64,000 nt of DNA, taken from Octopus vulgaris (Eukaryota). The position numbers were made by a program, and so were the translations under genes. The notes under the pieces are model-generated. The model was given only the letters and a program-made list of their open reading frames with translations. It did not search any database and was not told the DNA's origin. Location of the stretch: assembly GCA_951406725.2 (NCBI GenBank), contig OX597817.1:83390001-83454000 (forward strand), in the 5' to 3' direction. Shown here piece after piece: positions 40,989-54,468 of the stretch (the first letter of the stretch is position 1; every line of letters begins with the position of its first letter).

Positions 40989-41379
40989 ATTGACCAAGGC
41001 GCCACGCATGCATACATACATATGTACATATGAATCTATGGTTCAAAAGTAAACAAAACCACTGACAGATGAAAGAACAACAAACAGACTGTATTCGTGT
41101 ATAGCTCAGGAAAAATGGGAGAAGACTTTAACGCTTCGAGCCGACGCTCTTTTACAGGAAAGAAAAAGAAAATAAATCGAGAGAAAGGAATGTCTGAATT
41201 AACAGTTACAACATGTTGGACTAACCGGAAGGCCGGAAACGACTGGAGACGTGTGTGGCCAAAGATACGACTGTGTGCGCAAGCACACGTGTGTATGAAC
41301 TTATGTGAGAGTGCGTGTGTGTGCGTGTGTTTGAATGGAAGCACGCATGTGTATGTTTGTGCGTACATATATATATATG

Positions 41380-41632
41380 ACTCAGTGGTTGGAGCGTCGA
41401 GCTTATGATCGTGATGTGAGTTTGATTCCAGGGCCAGGCTGCGTGATGTGTTCTTGAGCAAGATACTTTATTTCACGTTGCTCCAGTTCGCTCGGTTATA
41501 TAGAAATGAGTTGTGTGTTCACTGGTACCAAGCGATATCGGCCTTTGCCTTTCCTTTGGATAACATCGGTGGCGTGGACAAGGGAGGCTTTTGTGCATGG
41601 ACGACTGCTGGTATTCCATTAAAAACAACCCT
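41380..41632 (+). mobile_element. tRNA-derived SINE (same family as 11187-11462)
   Basis: A box gactcagtggttggagcg, B box gagtttgattcc, shared body. Confidence 0.75.
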
Positions 41633-41720
41633 AAGTTGTGCGTTCACCCAGACTTACGGCCGAGTTATATATACTCCGCCAGACGGAATCGAGTTATACA
41701 TATACCATACATACATATAT

Positions 41721-42030
41721 GTTCCATTATTTAGGCAGAATGGTATATATATAATATTCCTGCACCAATCTTATATATATACCATTCTGCCTAAATAATG
41801 GAACTACAGATACAATATCCCTGCATATATCATGTCTATTTTCATTCTTCACTTTTCTCTCTCTAATCAATATCTTATCTAGAATAACTATTGCTTAACC
41901 ATATTCTCACACCATCTCCGATGAAGGGATATATAAAATATCCCGGAAACAGTTGTAAGATCTTCTATTTATAAAGGTTCTGAAATCTTTCACAACCTTG
42001 GATTTTTGTCTCATTCTGTAATTTTTTTAT
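41721..42030 (+). mobile_element. PLE pLTR fragment with a perfect 34-bp inverted 5' copy (41721-41754 / 41771-41804)
   Basis: Perfect inverted repeat, downstream hammerhead, related fragment at 22620-22670. Confidence 0.65.
41914..41961 (+). ncRNA. Type I hammerhead (CCGAUGA core variant)
   Basis: AUCU-CCGAUGA-A-GGGAUAU auaaa AUAUCCC-G-GAAA-CAGUUG-UA-AGAU. Confidence 0.65.
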
Positions 42031-42177
42031 ATATACACATGTCGATATATGACCTACGTTGGACTCCTCATTCGCATAATCACCAAACCTGGAGCTTAAC
42101 TATAATCTGTCCATAGCACTTACTCAGCATTGCCTGACACTGTTGGGTCTTATTGACACCATTGCCTCTCATAACCT

Positions 42178-42212
<35 letters not shown>

Positions 42213-42235
42213 TAGACAGATATATATGTATAGAC

Positions 42236-42328
<93 letters not shown>
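42236..42328. repeat. (GATA)n microsatellite
   Basis: Direct reading. Confidence 0.95.
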
Positions 42329-42719
42329 CACATATATTCCTTTATTTATTTATAGCTCTGTATATATATATATACAGAAAGAGACAGAGGGACAGATAAA
42401 TAGATAGATACGTTTTTACATTTGGTCTGAAAAATTACAATTTTTTTAATAATAAATATTTCTAAATCAAAGAACTCTACATTTGGTAGATTCACGTTTA
42501 TCGGTAGGAGATTCCAAGTTGCACTTACAGTGACTCATTCAAGCACTAACACACGCACGCACCCACACTCACATACACACGTATGTGTATGTGTGTTAAA
42601 TCGAAAACGTGGTTGCGTACTACAGATTCTCTTTTATCTCACATTTTTTCATATTTCCGTTTATGTCTTTTACAGATTTTTTGTAACAGTAATCTTCCTA
42701 ACTTGTTGGACGTGAGGTG

Positions 42720-43600
42720 ATATTTTCAGTTCTCGGCGATCTCATCTTCTGGATTAAAATAATGGATGTTGGTGTGTGTAATGCATTTTATTGTAGATGA
42801 GGAAATGGTATTGGCAATTTACTAGTGCTAGTATTGCTGCTCTTTTTGAATACCAGAATTTTGACCGTTTTTCTCAACAATCATGAAACTGCTTTTCTTA
42901 AGGATTGTTGTTCGTTTCCTCAATGCTTTTTCTATCACATTTTGCTATTCTGTGTAAGATAGTTCTGTTATTTAGCAACGTTTCCCATAAACTTTACGAT
43001 TTATATTGTAAGAAGTAGTGTGTTGGATTTAATTCTTAAACATCTATGGTGATATGGTGAGAAAGTGTCGAAATCATATGACTATTTAGAATTATATAAG
43101 AAATAGATCACTAGGAACATGTTTGAAGGTTTGCAAGTTTATGTTTTGAAATAAAGAAGGCTATTAATTTTATAATCTTTGTTATATATCATTGTTAGTT
43201 ATTCAATGCCTTTTGTGTTTACTTTACCAGTTGATTTATAACTTAATCAAGTATTCTATTTCTAACAGTCATTTGATTTAAGTTACACACTTTATTAAGT
43301 AGCTCCTTTAATGTTAATATGTCAGCGTCCACGCATTGCTTTATGATTTGATCAATTTCTTTGTATACCTGCTATTCATTAGTATTTCGTAATTTTATTT
43401 ATTTCGTAAATTCCTTTGTGTGTTGCTTCGATCGTAGGGTAAATCTGAAAGGCATATAACCATAAAATAGCGGTAACATAGACCGAAACCAAATAATTCC
43501 TACAGGACATAAGTTTGAGAATATCAACAAAAATGAGATCGATGGATCTAGGAGCTTTACGATTCAAAAGATCTCAACACATAAGAAAATATAAAAATGA
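42720..43600 (-). mobile_element. Highly decayed PLE RT/linker relic (tentative)
   Basis: Scattered PLE-like peptides such as FGLCYR and TFSPYHHRCLRIKSNTLLL; many stops. Confidence 0.35.
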
Positions 43601-44512
43601 TTTAATAAACAAAAGATAAAACTAAAACAGTGTTGTTTATCTGTCTGCATGTATGTGTGGGATTATTTGTACTTGTGTGTGCTTGTGTGCATATATTTGT
43701 ATGTGTACATGGATGTAGATTAGAGCATAAACAAGTGTGTTTTTATTACAAAGATTTCACTCAATAGTTTTGACTTCGTTTCCTATTCAGTTTTCTATTG
43801 GGTGAAGCTTTATATCACCATTTGCCTCACTTATCGAACAAGAAAAGAGAAAGTCAGCCATTAAGAAGTAACCAGTCCAGTAGAAATTTGATTTTTATTT
43901 GAAAGAGTTACGGAAAACATATCAGTATTAAGATTTATACGTTACTGTAGCTCAAAGCATTAAAATATTCCCTTTGTCAAATCTCTTAGAACGCATATGC
44001 TGAAAAGATACAAAATATTTTAAAATCTTCATGTTTTTATTTCATCATTTGTGTACATAATGTTAATACTCACAAACGGATTCATCAGAATTTTGGGCAA
44101 TTACAATAAAATAGTTTGGCAAATATACATTAGGAAAATCCATAACATAGTTATGAAATAGAACAATCGTATCTTTCAGATGGACATAACTTCATTTTTA
44201 CAGTATATTAGGTTTAAGAAAAAGTTTCTCTTGTGAAGTGATCCATGAATTTGTAATATTTTCTATACATTTCTTATACCGAGTAAAAGAGAACAACACT
44301 ATTAGTTTGGTGGAACATAGTTTACAATAACACTCTATAGACAGCGAAATTGAATTAATCGCAGTGTCAGCGGTAGAGAGAGTGTGATTATTTTAGCGAC
44401 CTCCCAAAAAAGTGAAGAGAAAAGTGAAAACAAACCAGAATTCAATTCACAGCAAATAAAGACACACATTCATGTTTATTATATACATACAAATATAAAT
44501 ATGTATATATAT

Positions 44513-44578
<66 letters not shown>

Positions 44579-44580
<2 letters not shown>

Positions 44581-45960
44581 TTTAATTAAGCAGAAAATGG
44601 AGAAGTCTTAAACAATAGCAAATGAGTACCATCGATTACAATTTTTTAATACAAAACTTTATCCCATCTAACAGCCGTTTCTAACAGTCCCACAGCACTG
44701 CCAAAGAAAATTCTGAGAATAATATTCGTCATATTCTATAGCACATCTGATCTGGAACACGTAGCTTCATCAGCGTGAATAAAAATACATAAAAGAAAAG
44801 AAAAGAAAAAGAGCCTCGAGAGGTGGAATGGAGGCTTAATATATTTAAATCATACCATTTTGCAGTGTTCCGCTTTAGGCCGTTGAGTAGATGACTAAAC
44901 AAGAAAATTAATTGGTGGGTTAATCTTTCTTTAGGTGTAACAGGGTGTATAAATAATAAAAAGTAAAATAAGTACTTTAGTACAACGGGATACGCAAATA
45001 GATCTCGAAAAGGAGTGATAGGGCCATAACCTTTAGAAGTAATCATAATAGTACTTAAGATTTCGTAAATAGTACTAATTAATATTTATCCAAATAACAT
45101 GCCCATAAATTAATTACATTTATTTACTTATTGATATATTGTAAAGACCAACTACCTATTGCCCGTAATGGGATTGACCAAAGTCCAGTCATCGATATAA
45201 CTGGTCAGTTAAATTTAAAAACAAAAGCTATTAAGACTGTTATAGGGGTAGATGTAAATAAAGAAGTAAATAAAATGTAAAAGTATAGAAAAGTAGCATA
45301 TGCTCTAAGTGGCCCAAGGCCGCTTATGACATAAAAGAACCAAGCATGTAACTAAGCACCATGCCAAGGAAGGGACTACGGTAAAGGGGATACTATCACT
45401 AAGAGGCGGTAATGGCAATGGCATTAACATTCAATTATATAATGATAATCACGTGATCACGTGACCGACCAGGCTATCAGATGTTGCTACACATCGCTGG
45501 TCACAATGCATTCGCATTGTTTTAGCCTTCGAATGATGCCACCCCGCTGGCTAAGCGAGCAGGCCAACAGAAGAAAGAGTGAGAGAAAGAGTGGTGAAAG
45601 AGTACCACCCCCTGCCGGAGCCTCGTGGAGCTTTTAGGTGTTTTCGCTCAATAAACACACACAGCGCCCAGTCTGGGAATTGAAACCGCGATCCTACGAC
45701 CGCGATTCTACTGCCTTAACCACTGGGCCATTGCACCTCCACATATAATGATAATACTAAATCTATCTTCTGAAATAGCCATCACACTACTCAAGCGAAG
45801 ATCTTGCTAGACAAATAGTAATTGTCTAAACATTTCTTAATACAATCAGCCTAGTGAACCTATTAGAAGGCATAAGTACAAATCCCCAATCATTACAATT
45901 AAATCTCTTGCTAATTACTATTATGGTTACACATACAGGGTCCTACTGCAGTTTGCTAAA
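44579..45960 (-). mobile_element. Probable PLE pLTR/3' region abutting (TA)n, interrupted by a SINE
   Basis: Hammerhead-like CUGAUGA..GAAACGGCUGUU at 44658-44783 on the minus strand, about 80 bp from the (TA)n tract; far boundary uncertain. Confidence 0.5.
45450..45742 (-). mobile_element. tRNA-Arg-derived SINE (OR1/OR2-like, alternative 3' tail)
   Basis: Same head and body as 30093 but a different tail ending cacgtgatcacgtg; perfect 13-bp TSD atataatgataat at 45437-45449 and 45743-45755. Confidence 0.85.
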
Positions 45961-45972
45961 TCCTACTTAATA

Positions 45973-46077
<105 letters not shown>

Positions 46078-46094
46078 CATTATTATTATTATTA

Positions 46095-46965
46095 TATGTT
46101 TGAATTTTGCTTTGTATTTGTACAAGTTGGATCCAAGTCTCACCCAGAGACCTCAAGAGACAACAAGTTAGAAGTTCATGTTGGTGTTATGCCGAGGATG
46201 TCATATATTTGGTTTTGTATATAGTATTGTTCTAGAGAATGTTCAAGAAAAGACAAGAAAATTATGGGTGTGTTTTCAAATCTGAGATTACATAGACAGT
46301 ATTTTACGTAGGATATGGACAGTTCCCAAGAGCACTATGTTTTGAATTTCTGCCATTTTTGGGTTTCCTGCTATCTGAGCTAGGTAGCAGTTAGCCCCTT
46401 TTGCTCTCATTCCTAGGGCACCTATGACAACAGGCATTGTTTTAGTCTTCAGGTTGCACATTTTGTTAATTTCTATTTCAAGATCTTTATACTTACTCAG
46501 TTTTTGGTAGGTCTTTACAGATACATTTATATCGAATGGGACAGTCATATCAATGAGTAGGTATGATTTTTGTTTGAAGTCTTTCAATATAATGTCTGGA
46601 TTATTTGAATCTGTCTTTCTGTCAGTTTAACGATGAAGTTCCAGAGGAGTGAGGTGTGATCATTTTCAAGCTGGGTTGTGTTCCCAAGAGTTCTTATCAT
46701 GGAGTAGGTCCAGGTTTTTGCAAATTACCCAGTGAATATATTGTGCAGCTCTATCATGCCTGTTGAGATACTCTGTAGGTGCAAGAAGACTGCACATGGA
46801 AACAATATTATCAATGGTTTTATTTTGTTGTTGACATACACGATGTGTTGGGCAGCTGCCGTTCTTTAATATGTTGACCTGGTAGTTCCTTGTAGGTAGG
46901 CATTGATCTTCGGCTACTATGATAAACCTTTCTGTTTCTGATTTTAAGCCAAAAGCCATTAACCA
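46095..46965 (-). mobile_element. R4/Dong-like lineage A, 5'-truncated, within (TAA)n
   Basis: ORFs 46666..46959 (GLKSETE..RHDRAAQYIHW) and 46288..46587 (LIDMTVP..KYKDLEIEI..PVVIGALG); (ATT)n on both sides. Confidence 0.9.
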
Positions 46966-49192
46966 TTATTATTATTATTATTATTATTATTTGTTGTTGT
47001 TATATTTTTAATATTATTAACCTTGTCGATATATCAACCCTTGCTTGGGTGCAAACATATGGGGCCTACCACAAAATTACACTTCCATTCGTACAAAAAT
47101 ATGCCTAAGGACAATAAAAATTGATAGAAAGCCCCTATATACAAAGGTATTATTTAAAATTACATATTAGATTGTTTCAACTAGTGCTTATCGATATAAA
47201 ATTAAGTCTATACAACAATTTCTTAATATATTATAATTTTGTATTGTGATAAAAGTGTAATTATTACTGCATTTATACTACATTGATCCTCTATTCAAAT
47301 TTCTACAATTATAAACAGTTTCTCTGAATAGGAAATATCGATATGTAAGTTTGAACTCTGTAAATCAACAAGTCATGAAGACAATTATCTAAACGTTTGT
47401 TTACTTTTTTACTTAATGTATATACAAGGTTCAATGGCATCAGTAAAGTAATATGTCTGGCTTAGCAGCTAGCACCGTTTAGTGTGTCGGATTGTCAGTA
47501 TTGAAAGCAGATTCATGTTATATTAGAGGAAGCAGATGTAATTCATCGCATGCAGCCGTCATTCATCCATTATTTCAGTTCAATATTTTTCTTTTCATTT
47601 AAACATTGCAAAGAACGCTATTTCTTCTGACATCTATCAGAGACTAATTTTGTTGTCTACAGCTTTGTTATTTCAGTGAAAATACATCGGTAATCATTAT
47701 TAACGTTTTATCATTAGGTTTGCTTTCGTTTTTATTAGTTTATTTCTTTGTATTTTATTCGGTGTATTTTATTAGTTTATTTCTTGTAAAGACAGCAGCA
47801 TCTTTCATGAAAATTGTGTAGTAAATACAAAGATATCTAATGAAGAATTTTCCAAGAGTATTTTCTACGTGAAAAACATATGGTTAAGTACAGACTTCTA
47901 CAGTAGAAAATCACATTTAATCAATTAAAATGAAAACTTTATTTAACAAAATGCCATATATCAATAGCTTTCATGCATATTCATCTTCAAAGTATCACTC
48001 GAAGGTAATCTAAAATTTTAATTGACCAAAATTTATATAAAGACGAAAGCCTAAATTTTGGTTGGAACAGTGATAAGTTTACGTTTCGATCTTATTAAGC
48101 CTCCTCGGCGAAGAGTATTAAATACAAAGCTGACAGATCATAGACTGACTTTGATGTGCATATAGGTTTCATGGTAAACTATTTCGCTGAGATGGCAATG
48201 CAAATTAACGGCATTGGAAAATTTTCCCCAAGGGTGTTTTCTGCATGAAAACATGCAGTTAAGTGCATTGTTAATTTGAAGGTATAGTCTAGTAAACTTT
48301 TATTGAAATACTTGGTTCGCATAACTCCTAATAGTTATCAATTTCACATATTAATAATTTCAGAGTTAAATATGGAAAAGTAATTGCATATTCGATAATG
48401 TTTTACCCAGGACATATATTTAACCATCAAATGCATGTTTCTAATTCTGTCAAACGCTTCAGACTAAACTAAATTTGTCAAACTTTTCTTAATCTTTTAG
48501 GGTTTAGATTTAGTAGATATGATGTGTCGTAATAGCTGCTCCACCAAAATAATAGAAAATATTCAGTGTCGTCAGTTGATGATGTTCTATCATATTCTTT
48601 CTTAAGTGTCTATAGACAGCAGTAGCGATATTATTACCTTGCGAACAAATTCTTTAAACAGGAGACTGTAAGTCAGTAAATCGGAGGTTTTATAGATTTC
48701 ACTAAGACTGTCGCACAATCAAATCAATCAGCAGACAGAATATCTTCAAACCTCTAATCTCCTTGGAATACATAAGCAGTTTGACACAGACAGCATACAC
48801 ACGCGCATGCACACACCCACGTGCACACGTCCATACATACACGCGCGCGCACACTTTACTCAGCAAGTGCAAATCTTTTTTTCACTATACACTTATGTGT
48901 TTCTTGGAAGTCATAACAACAACTTTTAATCTTTACGAGAGAAAGCTACAAGAAATATATTGTGTGCCATGAATTTTTAATCGTCATCCAGTATCTAACA
49001 AGTAGATTCTTTTCCCGATTGTTTTGTGATTGTGGCTAATAATCCTGGCTATTAATCATTGATGATATCAATGTTGCTTCTCCATGTGGTCCATCTTATG
49101 AACTCTTTCCAGTTTTATACATTGCTTTGTACGTTTTAAGAAAATAATTTCAACTATCATCAGTCATTCATTCATACTTAGATACATACTTG

Positions 49193-49396
49193 CATTTAAG
49201 TATATATGAGCATGTCTAGGTATGTAAGTATATGCATACGAAGACATACATAAAACATACAAATCTGCACTTATACATACATACAAAAATACGCTGTTGT
49301 TGATGTTGAAATTCCTATGAAGGAGTCGTGGATCTTGGTTAGAAACCGACTCTTTCTCTATTGGCAAGAAATCTTGAAATAAAACTGAATGATGAC
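49193..49396 (+). mobile_element. 3' UTR fragment of the (ACAT)n-tailed RLE family
   Basis: Matches 55519-55690 (atttaagtatatatgagcatgtctag..gaaataaaactgaat-atgacata); (ACAT)n tail. Confidence 0.8.
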
Positions 49397-49669
49397 ATAA
49401 ATACATACATACATACATACATACATACATACATACATACATACATGCATACATGCATGCATACATACATACACACATTGTGGAGTTTATATTTTCTTTC
49501 AAGTTCGATTATTCGGTGAAATGTGCTAATTGACTTAGGTCATTTGGTTGGGTGATGATTATGCTCCGTGTTAGTTGTGTTACAGTGATTTTATGATGTT
49601 TATATAAAGAATTTACGGTATGCGATATATTATCGGATAGTATTTTGCGTAAATTATAAATTGTATGCC

Positions 49670-50024
49670 TTATCCTGCGCGCGTAATCGATGCAGGGTTA
49701 TTGTAGTCACTCGTCTTCGTCTCTTTGTCTGTGTGTTTGCAAAATTACTGGAAAACGGCTGAACGGATTTTCATCAAATTTGGTAGAAATACTCATTGGG
49801 TGAGTGGCTTGAACCCATTAAATTTTGGTTTATCTACAAAACTGGCGGACGTATGAATCAAAATGTATGCTTCTTTGTTAAATATGCATAAACAAAAAGT
49901 AGGGGAAATAACTCTGGATATAATTTTGTTGAAATATGAATTCGTTTGAGAATGTATTTATTGCATTAAATTTTATTTTATCCTTGTGAGCAAGCAGGCT
50001 ATGCATCGCCCCTCCGAAGACTTT
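49670..50024 (+). mobile_element. Helentron/DINE-1-like non-autonomous element (HINE)
   Basis: 5' ttatcctgc..gcagggttat inverted pair, gtctgtgtgt segment, acggattttcatcaaatttgg, 3' gcaggctat sub-terminal repeat, T-rich ends. Confidence 0.5.
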
Positions 50025-50529
50025 ATTTCATATTGAGTACGTTATATTAGCGGATGACCATTATCTTATAGTGCATGCTTTAATTTTATTAATTGCTGAT
50101 TGCGTATTGTATGTGCTCTGTGGAATTGTGTCATATCATTGAGTGTCCATGTTCTGGAGTATAAACAGAAGGATTCATGGTAATAGTTGAGTAGACTAGG
50201 AAGAATGACTGAGTTGTGTTACTGAATAGAACAAGGATTGCATTTAGCGTTGGATTTGGGCAGCGACTTGTGCAGTATTTGGACTCCGACTAACAGAATT
50301 ACGTTTTTTGCAAACAGGGATTTCTACTTGAAGGCATGTACACTTCGATTAGTTTTTGGCTTCGATGAAGTATCAAACACTAAAGTATTCGAAGAAACAA
50401 TTAAACATGTTATCGGAGCCCGCTGGCGAGAAACTTGAAAAGAATGTCACATTTTATTTGTTAAAAATCTTAAACTGTGCTAAATAAGTTTAATTTTGGT
50501 CGGAAGTAGTACAATATAATTATTGTTTC

Positions 50530-50718
50530 TAATTATGGCGCAATCCTAAGGGGAGATGGCTAGTTGATTACATCGATCCTAGTATTTGATTGATGCTTTG
50601 TTTTCTCGACCTAAGAATAATGAAAGACAAATTCAACCTTGGAGAGACTTGATGTTAAAGTGTCGGAAAAATGTACCTCAAGGCATTTTGTCCAATGCTG
50701 TAAAGGTTCTGCAAATTC
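50530..50718 (-). mobile_element. MetaSINE-type SINE, old and diverged
   Basis: ctagttgattacatcgatcctagt..tgaaagacaaattcaaccttgg. Confidence 0.6.
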
Positions 50719-51101
50719 TTACTTCAAAATAATTACGACCAAAACACGTAACGGCTTCTTATGAGTTGATGATATACCATCAGAAACAATAAACAGTTTT
50801 TAATTTTATGTGTAAATCCCATTATTGTTTGTGTAGCTTGATAATAGACAAACTTAAAATATTTGCAGGAGTTTCTGACGACTAGACAAAGAACTATTGA
50901 AGGAAACCCTAGCGAAATACACAGAATAGTTTTATTGCTTGTTTATCTTCTATATTGTTCAATTTATCGAAGTAGATCTGGAATTGTTATCCTTGATATA
51001 ATGTAAATAATCCTTCTGGAGTGTATCCTTTTTGCCAGACAAGTGAACGATGAATGGATATTCATGTAAATGTAGGGTGGACAAGCATAGGAAAATCGAA
51101 T

Positions 51102-51132
<31 letters not shown>

Positions 51133-51299
51133 AGAGATGTTAAGAGTGTGAGATAAAACAATTTAAACTGCTTTGTTATATAGTAATAGAAAATGTGAGG
51201 AGTTGAATACAACATTCAAGAATGAAATCAGTCTAAGAGATATTCCGTTAAAAGAAAAATAGGAGATACAGTGTTTCTGCTTGAGGGATCAGGTAAAAT

Positions 51300-52040
51300 T
51301 TAGAAATGAAGAGGCCGATCAAGTGTTTCTCTGAATAAGAAAGAGCAGAAATTTTAGATGAACTAAAACGAGGACAAAACTACGCAACTGTAGACTGTCT
51401 ACAACATGGATTCCAAATAAACTTGTTCAATCACTCGCATACAGGAAAATTGTAGAAACAAGAACGCTGACAAAGAATTGAGAGAAATATAAGTGATATA
51501 CAGAAATAAAGAATTAAACAAACCATTAGTTGGTGTTTAGTTACAGAACACTTACAAATAATTGTTTAACGAAAAGCATGTCAAATCATTGATATTCAAT
51601 TTGGTTAGTTGAGAAAGATTGAAACATATCAGCGTGGTATAACAATCAAATTGAATAAGGTGACCAAATAAAAGAAATTATATTATGATATTCAATACCT
51701 CATGCATAAAAATTAAGACTGCCATATAACGAGACTTAAATTAACTAGCAAACACAGATATCGACAACTGATATGGCTTCTAAGATTAAGAAAAAGATTT
51801 TCGAGGGAAAAGTTTGGAAGAGAAACAGAAATTTCACAAAAGCTAGTATGCATTAATGAAGAGATGCAGCTTCAATAGCTTTTATAAGCTGAGTAAATGG
51901 AGGTATGAGTGTGCTAAAAAGAAAAGCGAGTAATTGAAGGAAATAATTGTTGGAGAGGGAAAATAATAGTAGTCTGAAAACGATATGGTCTTTTGCCACA
52001 GACAAAACTACCGTTCGTAAAGATAAGGAAAGAAAACTCT
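51300..52040 (+). mobile_element. Possible very decayed Tigger/pogo transposase
   Basis: Only weak CENP-B-type peptide echoes (ILDELKRG, KHRYRQL). Confidence 0.25.
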
Positions 52041-52148
52041 AAGGAACACTGATATCCTTTGGCTACTATATTTATCTCTTCCTCTTCCTCTCTCCCTCTC
52101 CCTCCCCCCCTCCTCCTCCTCCTCCTCCTCCTCCTCCTCCTCCTACTC

Positions 52149-52191
<43 letters not shown>

Positions 52192-52454
52192 CGCTGCTTC
52201 TGCTGGTGCTGCTAGAGTCAAGGCTGAAACGTCTTAATATTCGCTCGGCCTTCTATAAGTCCAGGACATACAATCTATAGAAATAGACGTGTCCACGTCT
52301 GTAATATCTTTGATCATGGGTTTACTCAATGAAGGCTACATTGAATGGAACAACAGTAACTATAGCCATTGCTTCTACAAGAGCTACTACTACTACAACA
52401 ACTACAACTACTAATACTACTAATACAACTATTAATGGTAATAATACTTACCAA

Positions 52455-52880
52455 CATCTGGGCTGTCCAGTCTCGTTATCATTAACTATTTTCGCTTTCC
52501 CATTTTCTAAGATACTTTCTGGTGTGTTTTTGCCATCTATTTTCTGTTAGCATTTCAAAGTACCGGTATGATTTTCTAAGTAAGCATTATTTTTCCACGC
52601 CTACAGGTGTATTCTCTCTTGGTGAAGAGAGTTATTGTCTCTTCCTATTATTCATACATTTTGAAGTTACTTAATGCGTTCTTAAAGCATTTACCAGCTT
52701 TTTCTGAACCACAGAACCACGTAGCCCAGTCAAAATTAATTGATCTTAAATGTGAGTGTGAGTGCTCCACTTGTCAGCCCAGTATTGCATTTTTGTTCAC
52801 TTATGTCCTTCCATCATTTTTTTCCGGTACTTACAATGTAGATGATTTTCTTATCATTTTAACTTACCATTCTCTAGTGC
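52455..52880 (-). mobile_element. Decayed R4/Dong-like fragment
   Basis: Minus-strand ENRWQKH, then PESILENGKAKI after a frameshift, then a PD motif. Confidence 0.45.
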
Positions 52881-52904
52881 TTCATTTATGCTACTATTGG
52901 TTAC

Positions 52905-53108
52905 AAATTTTGGCACAAGGCTAGCAATTTTAAAGTAGGGGGTAAATTGATTACATCGACCACAGTTCTTCACTGCTTCTTATTTTATCGACTCCGAAGG
53001 AGGGAAAGCAAAGTTAACTTCAGCAGAATTTGAATTGAGAACGTAAAGGCGGACGAAATGCTAAGCATTTAGCCCGGCGTACGAACGATTCCTGCATCAG
53101 GCCACCTT
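52905..53108 (-). mobile_element. MetaSINE-type SINE
   Basis: ggcacaaggctagcaatttt..ttttatcgactccgaagg..gctaagcatttagcccggcgt. Confidence 0.75.
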
Positions 53109-53796
53109 CATGAAAAGTATTTAAAAAGTATATGAAAAGTATTTCACACTTTGTCGCAGATTTCTTCTTTTCATGTTGATTTGTAATTTCAGCCTCTTAT
53201 ATTTGTCAGCTTCGTCAAGGAATAAAAGGTTTGAAAATAGAGCTTTTACTCACAGTTCAAAACATTGACGCCTTCCTTAAGTAGCAATTAGAGAGAAAAT
53301 AAAGGTGTAGTGGGAGGTGCTGGCCAGCAGTAAATTTTTTCAAAGGTGACCGTGAGTAGTAAAGCCCGGATAACTTGGCTTCTTTTAGCTATGCAGCTTT
53401 AGACAGAATTCAGAAACAAACTCTTTATTTAGCGTGTAAAGGTTCTTAAGTGTTTTATTCGCCAAATCACCCTATATTTTTACCTAATCGATTTCAGAGC
53501 GCTTTATCTAATTTTATTTTGTTATAACTTCAAACAACGACGCTTTTATGAAGAACATTCGAATGTTTAATAACAAAAGTAGTTTTCTAATATTTCGTTT
53601 TTGGATTTGGTTTGCAAGATTCTTTATGTGAGTTAGTGTGTTGAAGCATATTCTGTTGTGTCTGGGGAGTCATTTTCTTTTTGTGCCTTATAATTAAACA
53701 CACTCACCGGTAAAATATCCACTTATTTTTATTTTCCTAAAACTTTCGTTGCGTCTTGCAACCTTTTAAGTAGTCTTGACTCTGTCCGTTATTTAC

Positions 53797-54220
53797 ACTG
53801 CGTTCCTTTTTGTTTGTTTGTGCGCATGTGTGTGGGTCAGTGTGTGCGTGTGCTTATGCATGTATGTATGTATGTATGCAAGTGTGTGTATGCATATGTA
53901 TATACGTATGCATGTGTGTGCATCTGTATGTATATATTTTGCGTATTCATGTGCTTGCGTATCCATGTTTGTGTGTTTTTTTATGTATGTGTGTGCACAC
54001 ACAGGGAGACAGAGGTGCATACATATATAAGCACAGACATTCACACACATACATAAAAACACACAAACACGGACACGCAAGCGCATGAATATGCAGAATA
54101 CATACAGATGCACACACATACATACATATCTACTCACACACACATGCATACATATATGCATGCATGGGCACACACACTGACCCACACACATGCGCCCAAA
54201 CAAACAAAAAGGAACGTAGT
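53797..54220. repeat. Inverted repeat with about 190-bp arms of degenerate TG/CA-rich sequence
   Basis: Unique anchors cgttcctttttgtttgtttg-gcgcatgtgtgtgggtcagtgtg and gtattcatg-gcttgcgt-tcc-tgtttgtgtg are mirrored. Confidence 0.8.
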
Positions 54221-54468
54221 TTTCTATTGTTTTTTCACCTCTTTTGAGTATGCGGCATAAGGACATCTTAATGAGGGTATGATTGGTATTGAACTTGATG
54301 AAGAACTTTTAAGTTCGAAACAGGTAATATCGAACGTAGAACAATCAAATCATAAACATACATGCATACATAATACATACATACATACATACATACATAC
54401 ATACATACATACATACATACATACATACATACATACATACATACATACATACATACATACATACATAC

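Noticed and set aside
48076-48113. Minus-strand CCGAGGA..GAAACGUA hammerhead-like motif
   Set aside because: No stem I pairing and an imperfect stem II.
53735-53780. Minus-strand GUUGC-aagac-GCAAC-GAAA hairpin as a hammerhead
   Set aside because: Core box and stem I are not recognisable in this copy.
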